Below the pieces are notes generated by a model. The model searched no databases and was not told the origin of the DNA. It saw only the letters and a list, made by a program, of their open reading frames with translations. The translations under genes were made by a program, and so were the position numbers. Of a stretch of 64,000 nt of DNA, positions 25,071-38,380 are shown piece after piece (positions within the stretch are counted from its first letter, which is position 1; every line of letters starts with the position of its first letter). Location: assembly GCF_004010195.1 (NCBI RefSeq), contig NC_057718.1, positions 61,835,318 through 61,899,317 on the forward strand. The letters run 5' to 3'. Origin of the DNA: Chiloscyllium plagiosum (Eukaryota).

Positions 25071-27164
25071 CCTGCGGTGTGAGGGAAAAGTGCCAGGAAT
25101 GGAGTCGGGGAGTGGTAGAGTGGGGGGATCCTGTCGAAAGAATCATGGAGGGAATGGTCTCTCTGAAACGCAGTTAGGGATGGGGAGGGAAATATATGTC
25201 TGGTGGTGAGGTCTGTTTGTAGGTGGAGGAAATGGCGGAGGATGTTGTGATATATCCAGAGGTTGGTGGGGTGGAAGGTGAGGACTTGAGGTTCTGTCCT
25301 TGTTGCGATTGGAGGCGGGGGAGGTGCAGGAAGTGGAGGAGATGGGCTGGAGGGCATCATCAACCAGGTGGGAGGGGAAATTGCAATCTTTGAAGGAGGA
25401 GGCCACCTGGGATATTCTATGGTGGAATTGGTCCTCCAGGGAACAGATGTGGTGCAGGTGGAGGAATTGGGAATAAGGCATAATGTTTTTACAGGAGGCA
25501 GGATGGGAAGAGGTGTAATAGGACATTTTTTCTTAGTAATCATATCAATTCTGAAAGTCAGTAATATGTTGCGGATGCTAGTGTGCACCCTTGCTAAAGG
25601 AATAATGGAGGAAAAGGTATTATATGGTTCTAACAGGTGGTGAACATTCCAGGTGAAAGCCCTTCAAATAGTTACGATCAAGGAACAGTTGATTAAACAA
25701 CTCACAAACCAATATCCTAACCAAAGATATCTGAAATCAGGCAAAATAGAAAGATCCAGACTGTTGAGCACCAAAACCACAATGAGTGATAAAGAAGCAA
25801 ATCTACTGCTGCACCCAGCAGAAATACATCCTACATACGGAGAGCTTTAATATTTTCTTTTGTCTGCAGGAAGGGAATGTGGTAGGAAACACAAGGCCTA
25901 CTACAGAATTTTTGTTAAATAACATTTGCAATTATGAAGGGACAAATCACATGTACAGAGGAAGAAAAAGCACATTCATGGAGATCAATACAAGATGGAA
26001 AAAGAGAATCTCTTCAGTGACTATAAATGTTCTGTAGCAAATTACACCAAGCAATAGCACTCTCAAAACACACAAGAGCTCAGCTATAAAATTAACGAAC
26101 ATAAATGTCCTACATGGAGCTGTTTGTATTTCTGCTCTTTGAGTGTCTGAGCATTTTTAATCAATTACCTGTTATGATACATTAATCATCCACTTGCTTT
26201 TACTCTACTTAGACCAATTTAGTGATTAATATGCATTAGCCACAGTAGCAAATATAAGTGGAATTTAATTAACTAAACAGATTGTGAACACTGATCAACA
26301 ACTTAAAAATGTATAAAACACATAGAATGGAATTGGTTACAATTACTGCTTCAGTTCAGAACATTGTCTGTCAGCCACTGATTTACCAAAGAAAGTCTGT
26401 GCAACAGGGTGAGTCCAGAAAAGAGCATTCTAATTGAGTGAGATTTGGACTTAAATTTAGAATGGACCCAGCTGCATCCAGCCATTTAACCATTTTAGTA
26501 TTTTACCAAATGATATTCACTTTAATAGTCTAATGGATAAAATATATCTACCGGTTTTTACAGGCAGAAGAAGGCCATTCAGTCCAACCACGCCTTTGTC
26601 AGTTTCTAAGTTGAGAGTGTTATTTTTAAAAAATGTTTGCTGAAAAGGCCATCAGTTATAATTATCATGAGTTACACAAATGTGAATAGAAATTAAAAAC
26701 AAACGTGGGGTAGGTTTTTGGCTCACCCAGGGCAGTGGCAGAAGCAGCTGGAGGGGATGAAAATTAGCCATGCAAGCTGGTGTCAGATCCCAGCTCCATT
26801 CCATCTCTGGGCCAGTTTTCACCAGAGGTGGGATTGTGGGCCAGCAGGGCTATCACCTGCAAGTGGTGGGTAGATATTTCTAATCATCCTGGTCAGATAT
26901 GTCGAAGCAGCTGGCACTTGACCCTGAGCCCGCATTCCTAGAAGGAGTGACACTATCACTGCACCATAACAGCCCCCATATGTGGACCAATAAAGCTCTC
27001 AATGAGTCTGATTAAGTCCAGTTAAAGGCAGTGAACTCAGTTACTAGTGTGGACCTACAGACCTTAGGTGGGAGGTGGGGTGAGGAAAGCTCCTGGAGGC
27101 CTTCCTTTTCTGCCTTGATGCACAAGTCACCCACGAGAGGGATACTCTCCACCCACCATACCTC

Positions 27165-27835
27165 CTCAGCACCTCACATTTATCTAAATTAAACTCCATC
27201 TGCCACTTCTCAGCCCATTGGCCCATCTGGACAAGATCCTGTTGTAATCGGAGGTATCCCTCTTCGCTGTCCTCTACACCTCCAATTTTGGTGTCTTCTG
27301 CAAACTTACTAACTATACTTCTTATGCCCATTGGCTCATCTGATCATGATCTGACCTCACCCTTTCCTCATAAGATCTACCCTCCATACCAGGCAACCTC
27401 CTAGTAAATTTCCTCTGAACCCTTTCCAAAGCTTCCACATCCTTCCTATAATGCGAGCACCAGGGTTTGTACACCTGCAGCATAACCTCGTGGTTCCGAA
27501 ACTCAATCCCTTCACCAATAAAAGCTAACACAAGCCTTCTTAACAAACTTATCAATCTGGGTGGCAACTTTCAGGGATCTACATACATGGACACATATCT
27601 CTCTGCTCATTTGCGCTACCAAGAATCTTAACATTATTCCTGTTACTCCTTCCAAAGTGAATCACCTCACACATTAAACTCCATTTGCCACATTCCAGCC
27701 CAGCTCTGCAGCTTATCCATGACCTTCTGTAATCTGCAACATCCTTCAGCACTATCCACAACTCCACTCATCTTAGTGTCATCTGCAAATTTATTAACCC
27801 ATCCTTCTATGCCCTCATCCAGGTCATTTATAAAA
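27165..27835 (-). mobile_element. Two abutting CR1 RT fragments (HER1-type about 27165-27350; second subfamily about 27360-27835)
   Basis: VSKFAEDTKIGGV...WQMEFNLDKCEVL and EALERVQRKFTRRLPGMEGRSYEER; multiple deletions. Confidence 0.8.
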
Positions 27836-30166
27836 GGTCAAGTTTTCTTTGGGAAATGTCACACGCTCTTAAAAGGAATTAGTAAATGTGGACATGGGAG
27901 TGTGTAAAAGGTGGGTAAACTCATTCTAACTAACTGTCAAACTGTAAGGCATTTACATCCATAAGTACTTTAAAAAAGTTTGCTGTGACTACTTGCAGTT
28001 TCAATTATTGACATAACTCTGAGGCTATCATCTGAGGATTAGTGCTGCACTACAGATTCTAATTTATCCTTTACAGTTTGATTGGCAGTTTCATGGTACA
28101 GGGCCAGATGGAGTGGGTATGGCATAAATAAAGAAACAAAAGATATTTCTAAAGGAAGTGTCAATAGAAGCTGTGGGAATCTGCGGCTTGGTTATAAACC
28201 TGTCCCCAGAATCCTCAGAGACAGAGAAGGAAACAATCAGATATGGACCAAATGAGGGCAAGCAGAAGCCTGAAAATCGGAAAGAAAGTTCATGAAATTT
28301 TCCTGTTCAATGAAAGAGCAGGGACTGGCGCTAATGTAAACTTTAATATACCAGAAAAAAGGTAATCAGGACCCTGAACAGGACTGGAACAAATAATGTT
28401 TCACATGTCACATAAAAATGTACACAAAGCTAGATCCTTGCAACAACTTTTATGCTTTTTTTTTCAAAAATAATGTCTATTTTTGATATGCGATGGTTAA
28501 GTGGTATTAACATGGTCTCATTTGATACAGAACACAAGCAAAATTACTCAACATAAAGCATTTTAAAAATGTATCGCTCCATATTAACTCTTCAACATTG
28601 AGATATCAGAGAGGCTTATGAAAGAGAGATAATTCAAAAGCTGTAAACATAAGCTCCTTTAAATTTTAAAAGCACAATTTTAACAGGTGAATTCAAGAGA
28701 CTGATTGTTTCAATAATTGAATTCCTAACTAAAAATGAAACTTTGCCACTTCTTAAAAAAAGATACAAAAATGGGTAATGCTCTGGCACTCAATGAGTTA
28801 ACTATTAAATACCAATGATGGTTTCCACAAACACATCAAATTAATTAAAAAGATATGCACTGATGCGCAAAGCCCCAGGGGTTCACTCCCTGAACAATTT
28901 TCTTGTACAAAAATAGATATTGCAAAGTACGAGGTAATAGCAGTCTTTTAAGAGAAGGTACAAGTCATTTTAAAGATGTATTTGAAGCCTCTTACTGGTA
29001 ACAGGAAGAACCCTGTGGCAACGTCGATGTTCCCTTTGCAGTTAAACAGTGTTGGGAATGAATAAATAAATAAGTGACAATCATCTTCAAATATACATTC
29101 TCACTTATTGATCATGTTTTTATTTCTCTCTCTCCCAGTTTATCTCAGATTATTTAGAAAGCCAATATTAACTTTAAACTTTTACTTTCTGAATGGCTCA
29201 GCAAATAAATACATTGCAATCTGTGGGGTTTAATCACACAGACTTCACATTCCCGGTTTAGTCACTGATTTTTGATAGGTTTACTGGAAGCTCTCAACTT
29301 TTAATCCCCTGTATGAGGAGAAAAGGGATGAGGGAAGTCTAGATTTCCATAGTTAATTGCAAACAATTGATTCATGTTGTAATGGATGTTTCAAGGCCAG
29401 GATCAAGGTTGCTTGCCCTCCATAGTCAAATAGCTTGCTGGTTCTCACTATTTAGGCTGTGATATGAGGAACAGTAACATGGCCAGGATGCCAGCAAGCT
29501 GTCACAGCCTGTGGAAATAAACAGGTACCACCGACCGAGCAGAAAATTGGAGGGGAAAAAAAAATTAAACCCTCTTCATATATCATCTTTCTAACAAATC
29601 AGTTTTATTTTTAAAATTAAACCTCAAAGTTTCCAACTTTGGTCAGCATTCAGAGACTGGGATAAAAGTTATGCTTATAAAAAAAAATCATCTGCTTAAA
29701 GCAGTGTCAGAGATCCTTGGAGAAATGCCCAATTACACCGTGCCTTAACATAACTGCTTACCACAATAAATAAAACATATCAGCTTTGTTAAGTCAGCAG
29801 TACTAGAGAAATGTAAGATGTATTCGACATAATGCAACAGGATTTTGTCTTGAATCCTGTATTTGTAGTGTGCAACATTCTCACAAAATCTATTTGGTAG
29901 TGCCAGCCAAAATTACAATTTGCTTGGCATTCCTGAAATTTCTAGGGTGAGAAATACATTTGGCTATTGATATTAAACCTTAAATCATTGTTCCTGTGAC
30001 AAAAAAAGGAAAGGGGATTTAAAAACAGATCTTTTTAGTTCAATGCTTGCAAATGCCCACAAAACGTGTAATAAATACAGTCGTCATAGTCAGCATACTG
30101 TGAAAACACACAGGCTTTACTGCATGGTGCCTGAGTGTCAGATTATTGCTATTTATTTTCAGTATA

Positions 30167-30383
30167 CAGGCGGTTCTTCTAGAACGCGGGTTGTGTTCTT
30201 GAGCAACCCCGCATTATAGAAAAATCGCGCCTTAGAAACAGCACTTAAAGTGCTGATGATGTAATCGTGCTACAGCCAACACATGTTTTAAAAGTTTGCA
30301 CTTTAGAAACTGTTTCCCCAATTCATCAATTGCATGACAGCGAATTCGCATTAATGAAACGCATGTTATAGCAGAATGACCTG
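30167..30383. mobile_element. 217-bp MITE, Tc1/mariner-pogo (Tigger-like) type
   Basis: TA on both sides (30165-30166, 30384-30385); imperfect 26-bp TIR caggcggttcttctagaacgcgggtt vs reverse-complemented right end caggtcattctgctataacatgcgtt (18/26 by eye); no ORF. Confidence 0.75.
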
Positions 30384-33300
30384 TACCACAAAATAAGTAT
30401 GGAATTGCAAATTGCAATGGGATGGGGAAAAAAAGAAAAAATAATGTAATTTCAATCATCCAAACTACTTAAACTATTTGCTTCAAAAAGCAACAGCACA
30501 AGAGTATACTACCATTACTGTAAGAACAGAGACAAAATAAAACTAATTGAGTCCATGTATACTCAGTGATAAGCTAGGAGCTAGTTTGACGTGGATATGT
30601 CACAACCTCCAATATGCCATTTATAACTCTCTCAAATACAGAAACCACAGGAAAAGATGCTTTTTGTAAGATGACTCTTCAAAAATGACATTTTTAACAA
30701 ATCCTTCAAAGTCAGTGTTAAGCTTTCCTATGGTTGGAAAATTCAAATTCAGGGGGATTGATTAATAAATATGTACAACAGCACTTCATTTATTTTAATA
30801 CCAGCAGTGAAAATTGTTTGTGTAAACACACTCCCATAATTACTTAAATGTCGTTTCTTTCTATTAAGCAATCGAAGCTTCTCAAAAAAAAGAGTTTTTG
30901 TTAATCACCATACAAAGGATACAAAACTGCTATTATTTTCAGTTATTTTCTATCTTCCTCCTCTCAGGGCCAAAGTTAACCAGCTTAAAAAAACATACAA
31001 CGGCAGCCCTCAATATAAACAACCAAAGCAGCATTTTGTTACAACTAAACAGGAATTCGGCCCAAACTAACTGAACGATCATTTTGAACTTTATTTTACA
31101 TATTTTGGGGGGGGGGGGCAGCAATAAATATTTATAAGTCTCAGATTTATATAAGTTCCATTAGTGAAGTGATAGGAGATGGCTACTGTCACTCTATGGG
31201 AAGAGGGCAAATAGTTGCACATTGTTATGTGCAATTAAAAGTTTTGTTTGCCATTGCAAAGTGAATGACATCATCTTGTCACACATTTACCAACCACAAA
31301 ATTGTTTGACAACTGCTTTTCAGCAATTTCCTTTTAAATGTCAGTTTTGAGAAATTCAAGGACTCTCAAATGAGAGTCTTTCATCATTAGTGCAGGAGCA
31401 TTGTCTAAAGTCAGGCTATCCAGAAACTACAGATGTCTGAAAATGAAATATTTATATAAGCTGCGGGAATATTAAATCGTATTAAATGGTTAAATAGCTT
31501 TATGGCTTATTCAACTAAGTGTTTGTTACTTTGAACATCCCATTAATACTAAAGAATGCAATGGAGGAATTAACTTGCATCACCACCATATTTAATTTAT
31601 AGAGATTGTCTAATCAACCTATTCAGAGATGACCATTCAAGAAACAGGCTACAGCATTAATTGAACCATCTCCAAAACAGGAAACACCTTAGTATTTCAA
31701 CTAGATTAAGCAGAAAATTATCAATTCTGCCTTTGAGGCAACTTCGTTTCAGAAGATATCTCAAGAATTTCCCAGTATTTCAAAAGAAGTAGACAGACTA
31801 TTTGGTTAAATACCCTAAATGCGTTATTATATGTCACAAAGTACACACACCCTTCCATCTTAGGAAGTTTGCCAAAACCACATTTCAGTGATAGAGATTC
31901 ATGGCAACCAGTGTCCAATTACATTTAACCACCATATTGAGCTTCCTGGCTCAATATAAAAGGTACAAGAGTTTTTTTTAATCACAAGATATTTAGAGTC
32001 ACTGAGTTTTTAAACTTATTTCTACTATTTACGAATATATCAAATGTCAACGTGCAACTGTAATAAGTTTAAACTAAAGCAGGTGTCGCACAAGTTACAT
32101 GACTATATTTTGTAATTAAACATGCTGGCTGAATTATTCTATTCTTACATCATGTTACAAGGTAAACAATGAAACACATACACTTGAAAAGTATATATTT
32201 CTGAAGAGACCATCTATACCCTAAAAATTAGACTTAATTCAGACTGAAATTAAATGATCATAAGGTGTGTAACAAGACAGACAGCTCATTAAAACAAATG
32301 TAAAGCACCTAATTATTAGCCCATTCCAAGGGGGAGGGGAAATTCACAAGGGTCATGCATATTACCATAAAAAGATTCACGTCCAATTAAAAAGAAACAG
32401 TTTGAAAATGCTTAGCTCATCCAGCACACTATCACCATTACCCGAAGGGGAGGTATACAATAGAAGGACAGCAAATTAGGCTAGGACCCAGATATGCTGG
32501 GTCACAACTTGTGTCTTTTTTTTTAATTCAGAATGGGTGGGAGACAAGTCTATTCTGCAAAGGACCCTCATGGAGCTATATTAAAACATCCAGGGAGTGT
32601 GAATGGATTCACCATCCTCTGTATTTCAAGTAGGCACTTTGATGCACCCATATTGATAAGAATATTAGGTAACCTCATTGAATTCCACAATTGACAATGG
32701 AGTGAAGATTAATGGCAGGGCTGATTCAATGTATTGGAACTTGAGAATTGGAATTCTGTTCAGGCAAATAAGGAGCTAGGTTCTTCAGCCTACCTAATAC
32801 ATAAACTTGAGCCCATCCATCTGCTGCTTACATCCCAAAATGCAGTAGGTCTCATTTACCCATCTCTCCTATTTTTGATGACTAACATTGACTTCAAATC
32901 ATCTAAACCTTAATGTTAACAATCTCATCCTGATTTTCAAATCCCTCTGTGGTCTACTCCTCCCTATCTCTGCTCCTCCACCAGACCTACCATCATCCAA
33001 GATAACTGAACCCCTGAAATTCTGCCCCTCTTAGACAGTTCCAATATCAATTGTTTCACCACAGGCATTGTACTGACATGACTTATAGCTTTCAACTCTT
33101 ATTCAGAGCTAATTTTATTGGAGTATTCCTCTGATAACTTTTCTCCACTGAATTCAAGACAGCCAGTTGCACAAATACTTAGTCTTAGATCTGTAGAATT
33201 TACATAACCATTCAACAGGGAAAGAAGCTGCCTGAGAATATGCCTTCCTCCAGATAGCCTGCTTAATTTCAATAAGCCTGAGCTTATCGATAAATCCCCA

Positions 33301-33880
33301 GATATTTTAAGGGTGCAGGATTTCTCTCCCCATAATATATATTTGACCACTCAAGGAGTATATCGTTTGTTATACTTGCAACAGAAAATCTTAAGTGAAA
33401 CAATTTATTAATTTTACAATATCAAATAACAGTAACTTACAAGTGATACACTTTGTGTGGTCAAGTTGACAGCTATGTGAAAAACTTTCAAAAGGTGTAA
33501 CCAAAATCTTTAAAAACTATTTTGCCATTATGTAAAACTATTCAAGAATATCTAATAGTACCTCAGAATATCCAGGAACATCAAGGTCCAGCAAAACCAA
33601 GGAACAGAATAATCTAAGTGTAGAATATCCATTAACGTTTAAAATTTTGCCTTAAAGCACAGAGCAAAAAGAAACCACAATAAAGACAAGGTCAGGGTTC
33701 AAGCTCAGTGTAAACACTGTAGATAACCACTTTATGGTTTCTTCAATGTGTAAGAGCGAACTAATCGCCCAATTAACTATTTTGTTTTGTCTGTGGTTTA
33801 TGTTTTGGGGATCACTTTTGAAGGGTTTATAGCACATCATAGAAATCAGTCGAGAATAACTTGCATGTTTTGAACTTACA

Positions 33881-35767
33881 GGCGGATTTTTTTTCCCTCT
33901 CCCTGGCGCGGTGCAAATAATATCAAGAAAAGTGGGAAAATATTAAGAGAATGAAAACTGATTCTCAACTTCGTGAAAATTCTACCTAATTTTGCCCTTC
34001 AGCCATGGATGGTGACTTCAAAATTTCATCACTGAGTGGCAATCTCATTAAACCCCAACTTGCCTTATTTATATGTCACTTTCAATTCTCCTCTCTGTCA
34101 CAAAGAAACTAAACAATAGAAATTATGATATAACTTAGAACCAGGATCACCAAATGCTTACCCCAGCCATCAGAACTGCTTCTGCAGAACAACTTCCCTG
34201 TGTGCTGCATGGTACTATCCTCCTCATCCCATTATTTATGCAAGTTGGCATCAACAAATCACCAGCTTCACCATATCATCGTGCTTGTTCTCTGGCCAAC
34301 TCACACCCCAATTCAGCCCTTCAACACTCTGGAGTTCAAGGACACCAATAACTTGCATTCTTCTGCCAGGTCACCTTTTGTGTGTGAGGACACACATGTT
34401 CTTCCTGCACCTGCACAGGCTACACCGCAGGACTCTTAGCTTGCTTTCTCAGTGCTTGCTCATCTTACCGCTTCTTGCAGATGGCCAACCTTAATGTCAG
34501 TCACATTTGTTTCTCAGCACACCAGATTAGCACACCAGATCTTCCCTGCTCACTTGGAGGTTGCCACCCTCTGCAGCTCAATGTTTTGTGGTGCAGGTGG
34601 AGAAGTGGGCAGCTTATGATAGGGAGGAGCAGCATTCTCCTTAAGTAACCACTGGGCAGCCCCAGGTACATCAATTGTCATTCCACTGTACGACTTCCAA
34701 TTCTGAGCACAAACTATGAAGGGATTTGCAGAGGCAGGACAAATTAGTGGAAATGTTGGTAAGGATCACTGAATGGTCAATCGAGCGATCAACTATGTGG
34801 CATACATGTCGCTGTGTGGCACTATACAATGCCAATGTCAAAGCTACAATATTGGCCAGGAGCTTTACACTGCAAACACGTTACAGGTGCTTCAAGTAAA
34901 TAGCCATATACAAAAGTCAAAGGAGCTGCTTTATCTCCCTTTCCAATATTATTTTGATTTAATCCCCTTCCAGTCTCCATACCCTTCCCTTGCCTTTGAT
35001 GTCACTGCACTGTTGAGCTTAGCAGGTGAATTAGTTATCAATTGAAAACACAGGTAATGTCATAGTGGTGGATAACAAGTGAAAAGTAGCAGGTGACTTA
35101 GTAGAGGGAAATGTTCAGTTGTACATGAAAGCACTTCTGGGTATAAAAGAAAGACAAAGGGGGGCAAAAAAACAGTCAAGGTGTGTCAGCACAGTTAGTC
35201 AAAGAGCTTGTCTGATGACACTACAGTGAATTGGCCACAGTCAATCAAGTACTTCATACGTTGGGAGCCTGGGATCCATATCTTTGCAGTCCAGGGATTG
35301 GTCAGTCCTGTAAGTCAAGTGCCAAGCAGCTCAGGAAATATAGGTAGGTCACTTGGGGTACTGCTAAGAGATCAAGCCTCCGGTGGCGGTCTGCTGAAAA
35401 AAGCATGGCCCTCCTCTCCACCACCCGTCCATTAACATCCCCAGGTCATTGTTTGTGAAGAAAGGAGCAAACTGTCCTTTCCTTTCAGCATGTCATCAAT
35501 AATAATGATTGAGCACGAATGTGCAAGTGCCAGTTCCGGGCTTGCAACATCTGAAGCAGTATCCAGCTGAGCTTTAAGCATGGTGCCAGTACTAAGCACT
35601 TGCACATTTACAGCTATGTGATTTACCAAGACACATGTCCAGGAGCCCCAACTGCCTTGTGAATAGCAGAAGACTGCCTGAGAAAAATCACTGTGAGCCA
35701 AGACAGCCTAGGCAAAATGAATTTCACTCGCCAAAACACTTTAACTGCAAATGGGAAAATTCCACTC
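33881..35767. mobile_element. Putative ancient PIF/Harbinger-type DNA transposon relic with a Myb/SANT-like remnant on the minus strand
   Basis: Imperfect terminal inverted ends (ggcggattttttttccc / gggaaaattccac). Minus-strand 35490-35375 reads, with frameshifts, AERKGQFAPFFTNNDLGMLMDG/VVERRAMLFSADRHRR, resembling the N-terminus of Harbinger Myb/SANT-like proteins. Confidence 0.4.
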
Positions 35768-36099
35768 AATTTGTTTTTTTTTTATATTTACAAAGCGCAT
35801 TCCTGGAATTAATCCAAAAAAAAAACAATTTTTAAAATTTAAAGAAAGAAATGCTTGAATGAAAGATGGCTCTCAAAACACTTTGCTGTGCCCTTCTACA
35901 CCACAGGGATAGAGGGAGAGCATTTGTGTGAAACAGGACTTAAAATGTTTATGCAGTATTAGGAGTACAATAATTAAGGGCAAGTTTCTTAGTTCGGTTT
36001 TGCACATTCAGCTTTGGAACTAGTCTGAACATTTTGATCATTCATTATCAAGCATAAGACGAAGATCAGTTTCACCAGTTAGATGTTCAACATAAGGTA

Positions 36100-36960
36100 G
36101 AGAGAATTAGTAAGAAGCACTTAGCATGGAACCAGACTGGGAGAGGTAAACAGCCTGACAAACTCTCCTTGCCAACTTTTGAGTGGTAAGCCAAGAGGTC
36201 CATGGTAAACCTTTCAATCTCAACAGATCTACTGCACTTGGATTTCCAAAGGTAGTTGATAAAGATCCACATGAAAAGCTAATTATTAAACTTAAAGTGG
36301 TAGGAAAGGTTATGCAAATTTTAGAAACAGATATAAGTTGACTGTTGGGTAGAAAATAACAGGTACAGGTGACAGGAGTTTTGTTTTCAGGGTTGAGAGA
36401 AAGGTGATGAGCCTCAGAGTTCGACTGATGAGACCACAACTGTTCCAATTGACATAACGGACTACAAATCTCAATGGCTAATAAAATATTCAAATGCCGC
36501 CATATTAGGTCAGTGATATAGCTCAAAGGTTAGTCCTTTAGACAAACTATGTACATGAACAGAAATGGCAAAGGAATTTGCCGGCAAATGCAAAATACTT
36601 TATAAGAAAAAGTAACATGCATACTTTCAAAGCAACTTGGGTTGAGGGGTCTTGATGGATTCAATATTGTGTACAGCAGTTATTAATAAAGCTAACAGAA
36701 GGTTGAACAAAAAGCCAAAACAGTAAAATACGTATCAGAAGGAGGACTGATCCAACTCTATTCTGGTTAGACTGCACTTAAATTCTGTTCCAGTTGCCAA
36801 GCAGCAAAGAAAACTCTTAAACACTGGGGACAGACTGGAGAAGAGCCACAAGATTGATCATTAGTGTCAAAACATCTACACTACATTTTACAAAAAAAAA
36901 CGCCAGTGCAGATTAAACTTTCCAGCTTGGCAAGGAGGATTGAGGAGTTATATAACTTGA
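36100..36960 (+). mobile_element. Very decayed CR1-group RT fragment
   Basis: ggatttccaaaggtagttgataaagatccacatgaaaagcta (DF.KAFDKVPH-like) and later decayed ctggttagactgcactta and gaagagccacaagattgat segments. Confidence 0.45.
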
Positions 36961-37124
36961 TATCAGTACCTCTGCAATAAACCAAAAAAAAACAAACGTT
37001 TTGTTTAACTAAATCATTTGAAGGTCTTCTTTATTTCTCAGCAACTAAAATTCATCACTGCTGTACAGCTTGAACACAATTTCTTCTGGTTTCTTTTCCA
37101 CCGTTTTGGCTATGTAGCTCAAGA

Positions 37125-37625
37125 TTCTACAACAGCTAAATACTGTGGAAGCTAAATCAGGAGTTTTATGGAATACTGTCTGCTTGCCTGGATAGGTGCA
37201 GCTCCAACAACATTCAAGAAGTTTGACACGATCGAAGACGAAGCAGCCCACATCCACAAACATCAACTCACAGACACTCAGTAGCATCTACTATCTACAA
37301 GATACACTGCAGAAATTCGCCAAAGATTCTTTTGTCAGCACCTTCCAAATCCAGAACCATTTCCATCTAGAAGAACAAGGGCAGCAGATACATGGGAATA
37401 CCACCGCCTGCAAGTTCCCCTCCAAACCACTCAACATCCAGACTTGGAAATATCTCACCTTTCCTTCAGTGTCGCTGGATTAAAATACTGGAATTATTAT
37501 GGGTATTATGGGTCTAACCTACAGCACATGGACAGCAGTGGTCCAAGAAGGCAGCTCACCTCCACCTTCTCACAGGTAATTAGGGACTAGCAATAAATGC
37601 TGGCCCAGCCAGTGACACTCATGTC
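37125..37625 (+). mobile_element. 3' fragment of the old LINE family seen at 15425-23955
   Basis: ggataggtgcagctccaacaacattcaagaagtttgacacg matches the reverse complement of 15850-15900; tail gcaataaatgctggcccagccagtgacac. Confidence 0.7.
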
Positions 37626-37644
37626 GATTGAAAATAAGGATCCA

Positions 37645-37740
37645 GGAAATCTGAGTGAAACTGAAAATGCTGGAAATGCTGAACAGTGCTGGCAGAATCT
37701 ACAAGAAGAGATACAAAATTTACATTTCGCATCAGTGACA
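37645..37740 (-). mobile_element. Old Penelope-type terminal-repeat remnant
   Basis: aaatgctggaaatgctgaacagtgctggcagaatct resembles the gatgctggaaaa..cagcaggtcaggcagcatc block of the PLE repeats at 24300 and 41120. Confidence 0.35.
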
Positions 37741-38051
37741 AAAGGATGGAAGAAGTAGCAGTGGGGGAAGCAGCACAGACTTGATAGAAGTCACCAACAG
37801 TGTTGCTAGAAGGCAAAGAAGGCGAGAGAGCAGTAGAACATAGCAGTGCTGCTTGGAGGGAGCAAGCAGCAGGGGGATAAAGCAGTGTACTTCAGAAAAA
37901 AAAATAAGGAATAACGTTGCACTTATGTAATTGGTTAGAGACTATTAAGGTTTTGTTTCTAAGCTAAAGCAGTGATTTAGGTAGAGGAAACTACAAACTA
38001 GATAAATTAATTAATCTAAATACAAATAATCTTTAATTAATTTTCTTTTCA

Positions 38052-38380
38052 TTCACAGGATGAGGGCATCACTGGCATTTATTGCCCAACCATAATTGCC
38101 CAGAGAACAGCTAAGAGTCAACCACATTGTCGTGGGTCTGGAGTCACATGCAGGCCAGACCAGGTAAGCGTGACAGTTTCCTTCCCTAAAGGACATTAAT
38201 GATCCAGGTAGGTTTTTCCAATAACCAACAATGGTCACCATTTGACTTTTAATTATGGATTTGAAATGAATCCAAATTTTACTATCTGCTGTGGCAGGAT
38301 TTGATCCCAGGTCTCCAGGACATTGTCTGGGTCTCTGGATTAACAGTCCAGCAATAATATCATTAGGCTATTTCCCCCTC
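38052..38380 (-). mobile_element. Short tRNA-headed element (SINE-like) sharing both its head and its tail with the old LINE
   Basis: Minus-strand A-box-like tagcctaatga and B-box-like ggatcaaatcc (38297-38307); body taagagtcaaccacattg shared with 23750-23770; tail gggcaataaatgccagtga matches the LINE tail at about 37590-37620. Confidence 0.7.

Larger units (their letters stand above)
24268..25525 (-). mobile_element. Decayed Penelope-like element (Neptune-type) 3' half: RT thumb, linker, GIY-YIG endonuclease and terminal repeat
   Basis: YTSSHPASCKNIMPYSQFLHLHHICS (PLE RT C-terminus, 25143-25526); KTCTHTS..GPKGSFHIRQRCTCTSTCIIY (start of a GIY-YIG with Cys motifs, frameshifted); terminal repeat with a hammerhead remnant at 24355-24382. 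Confidence 0.85.
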
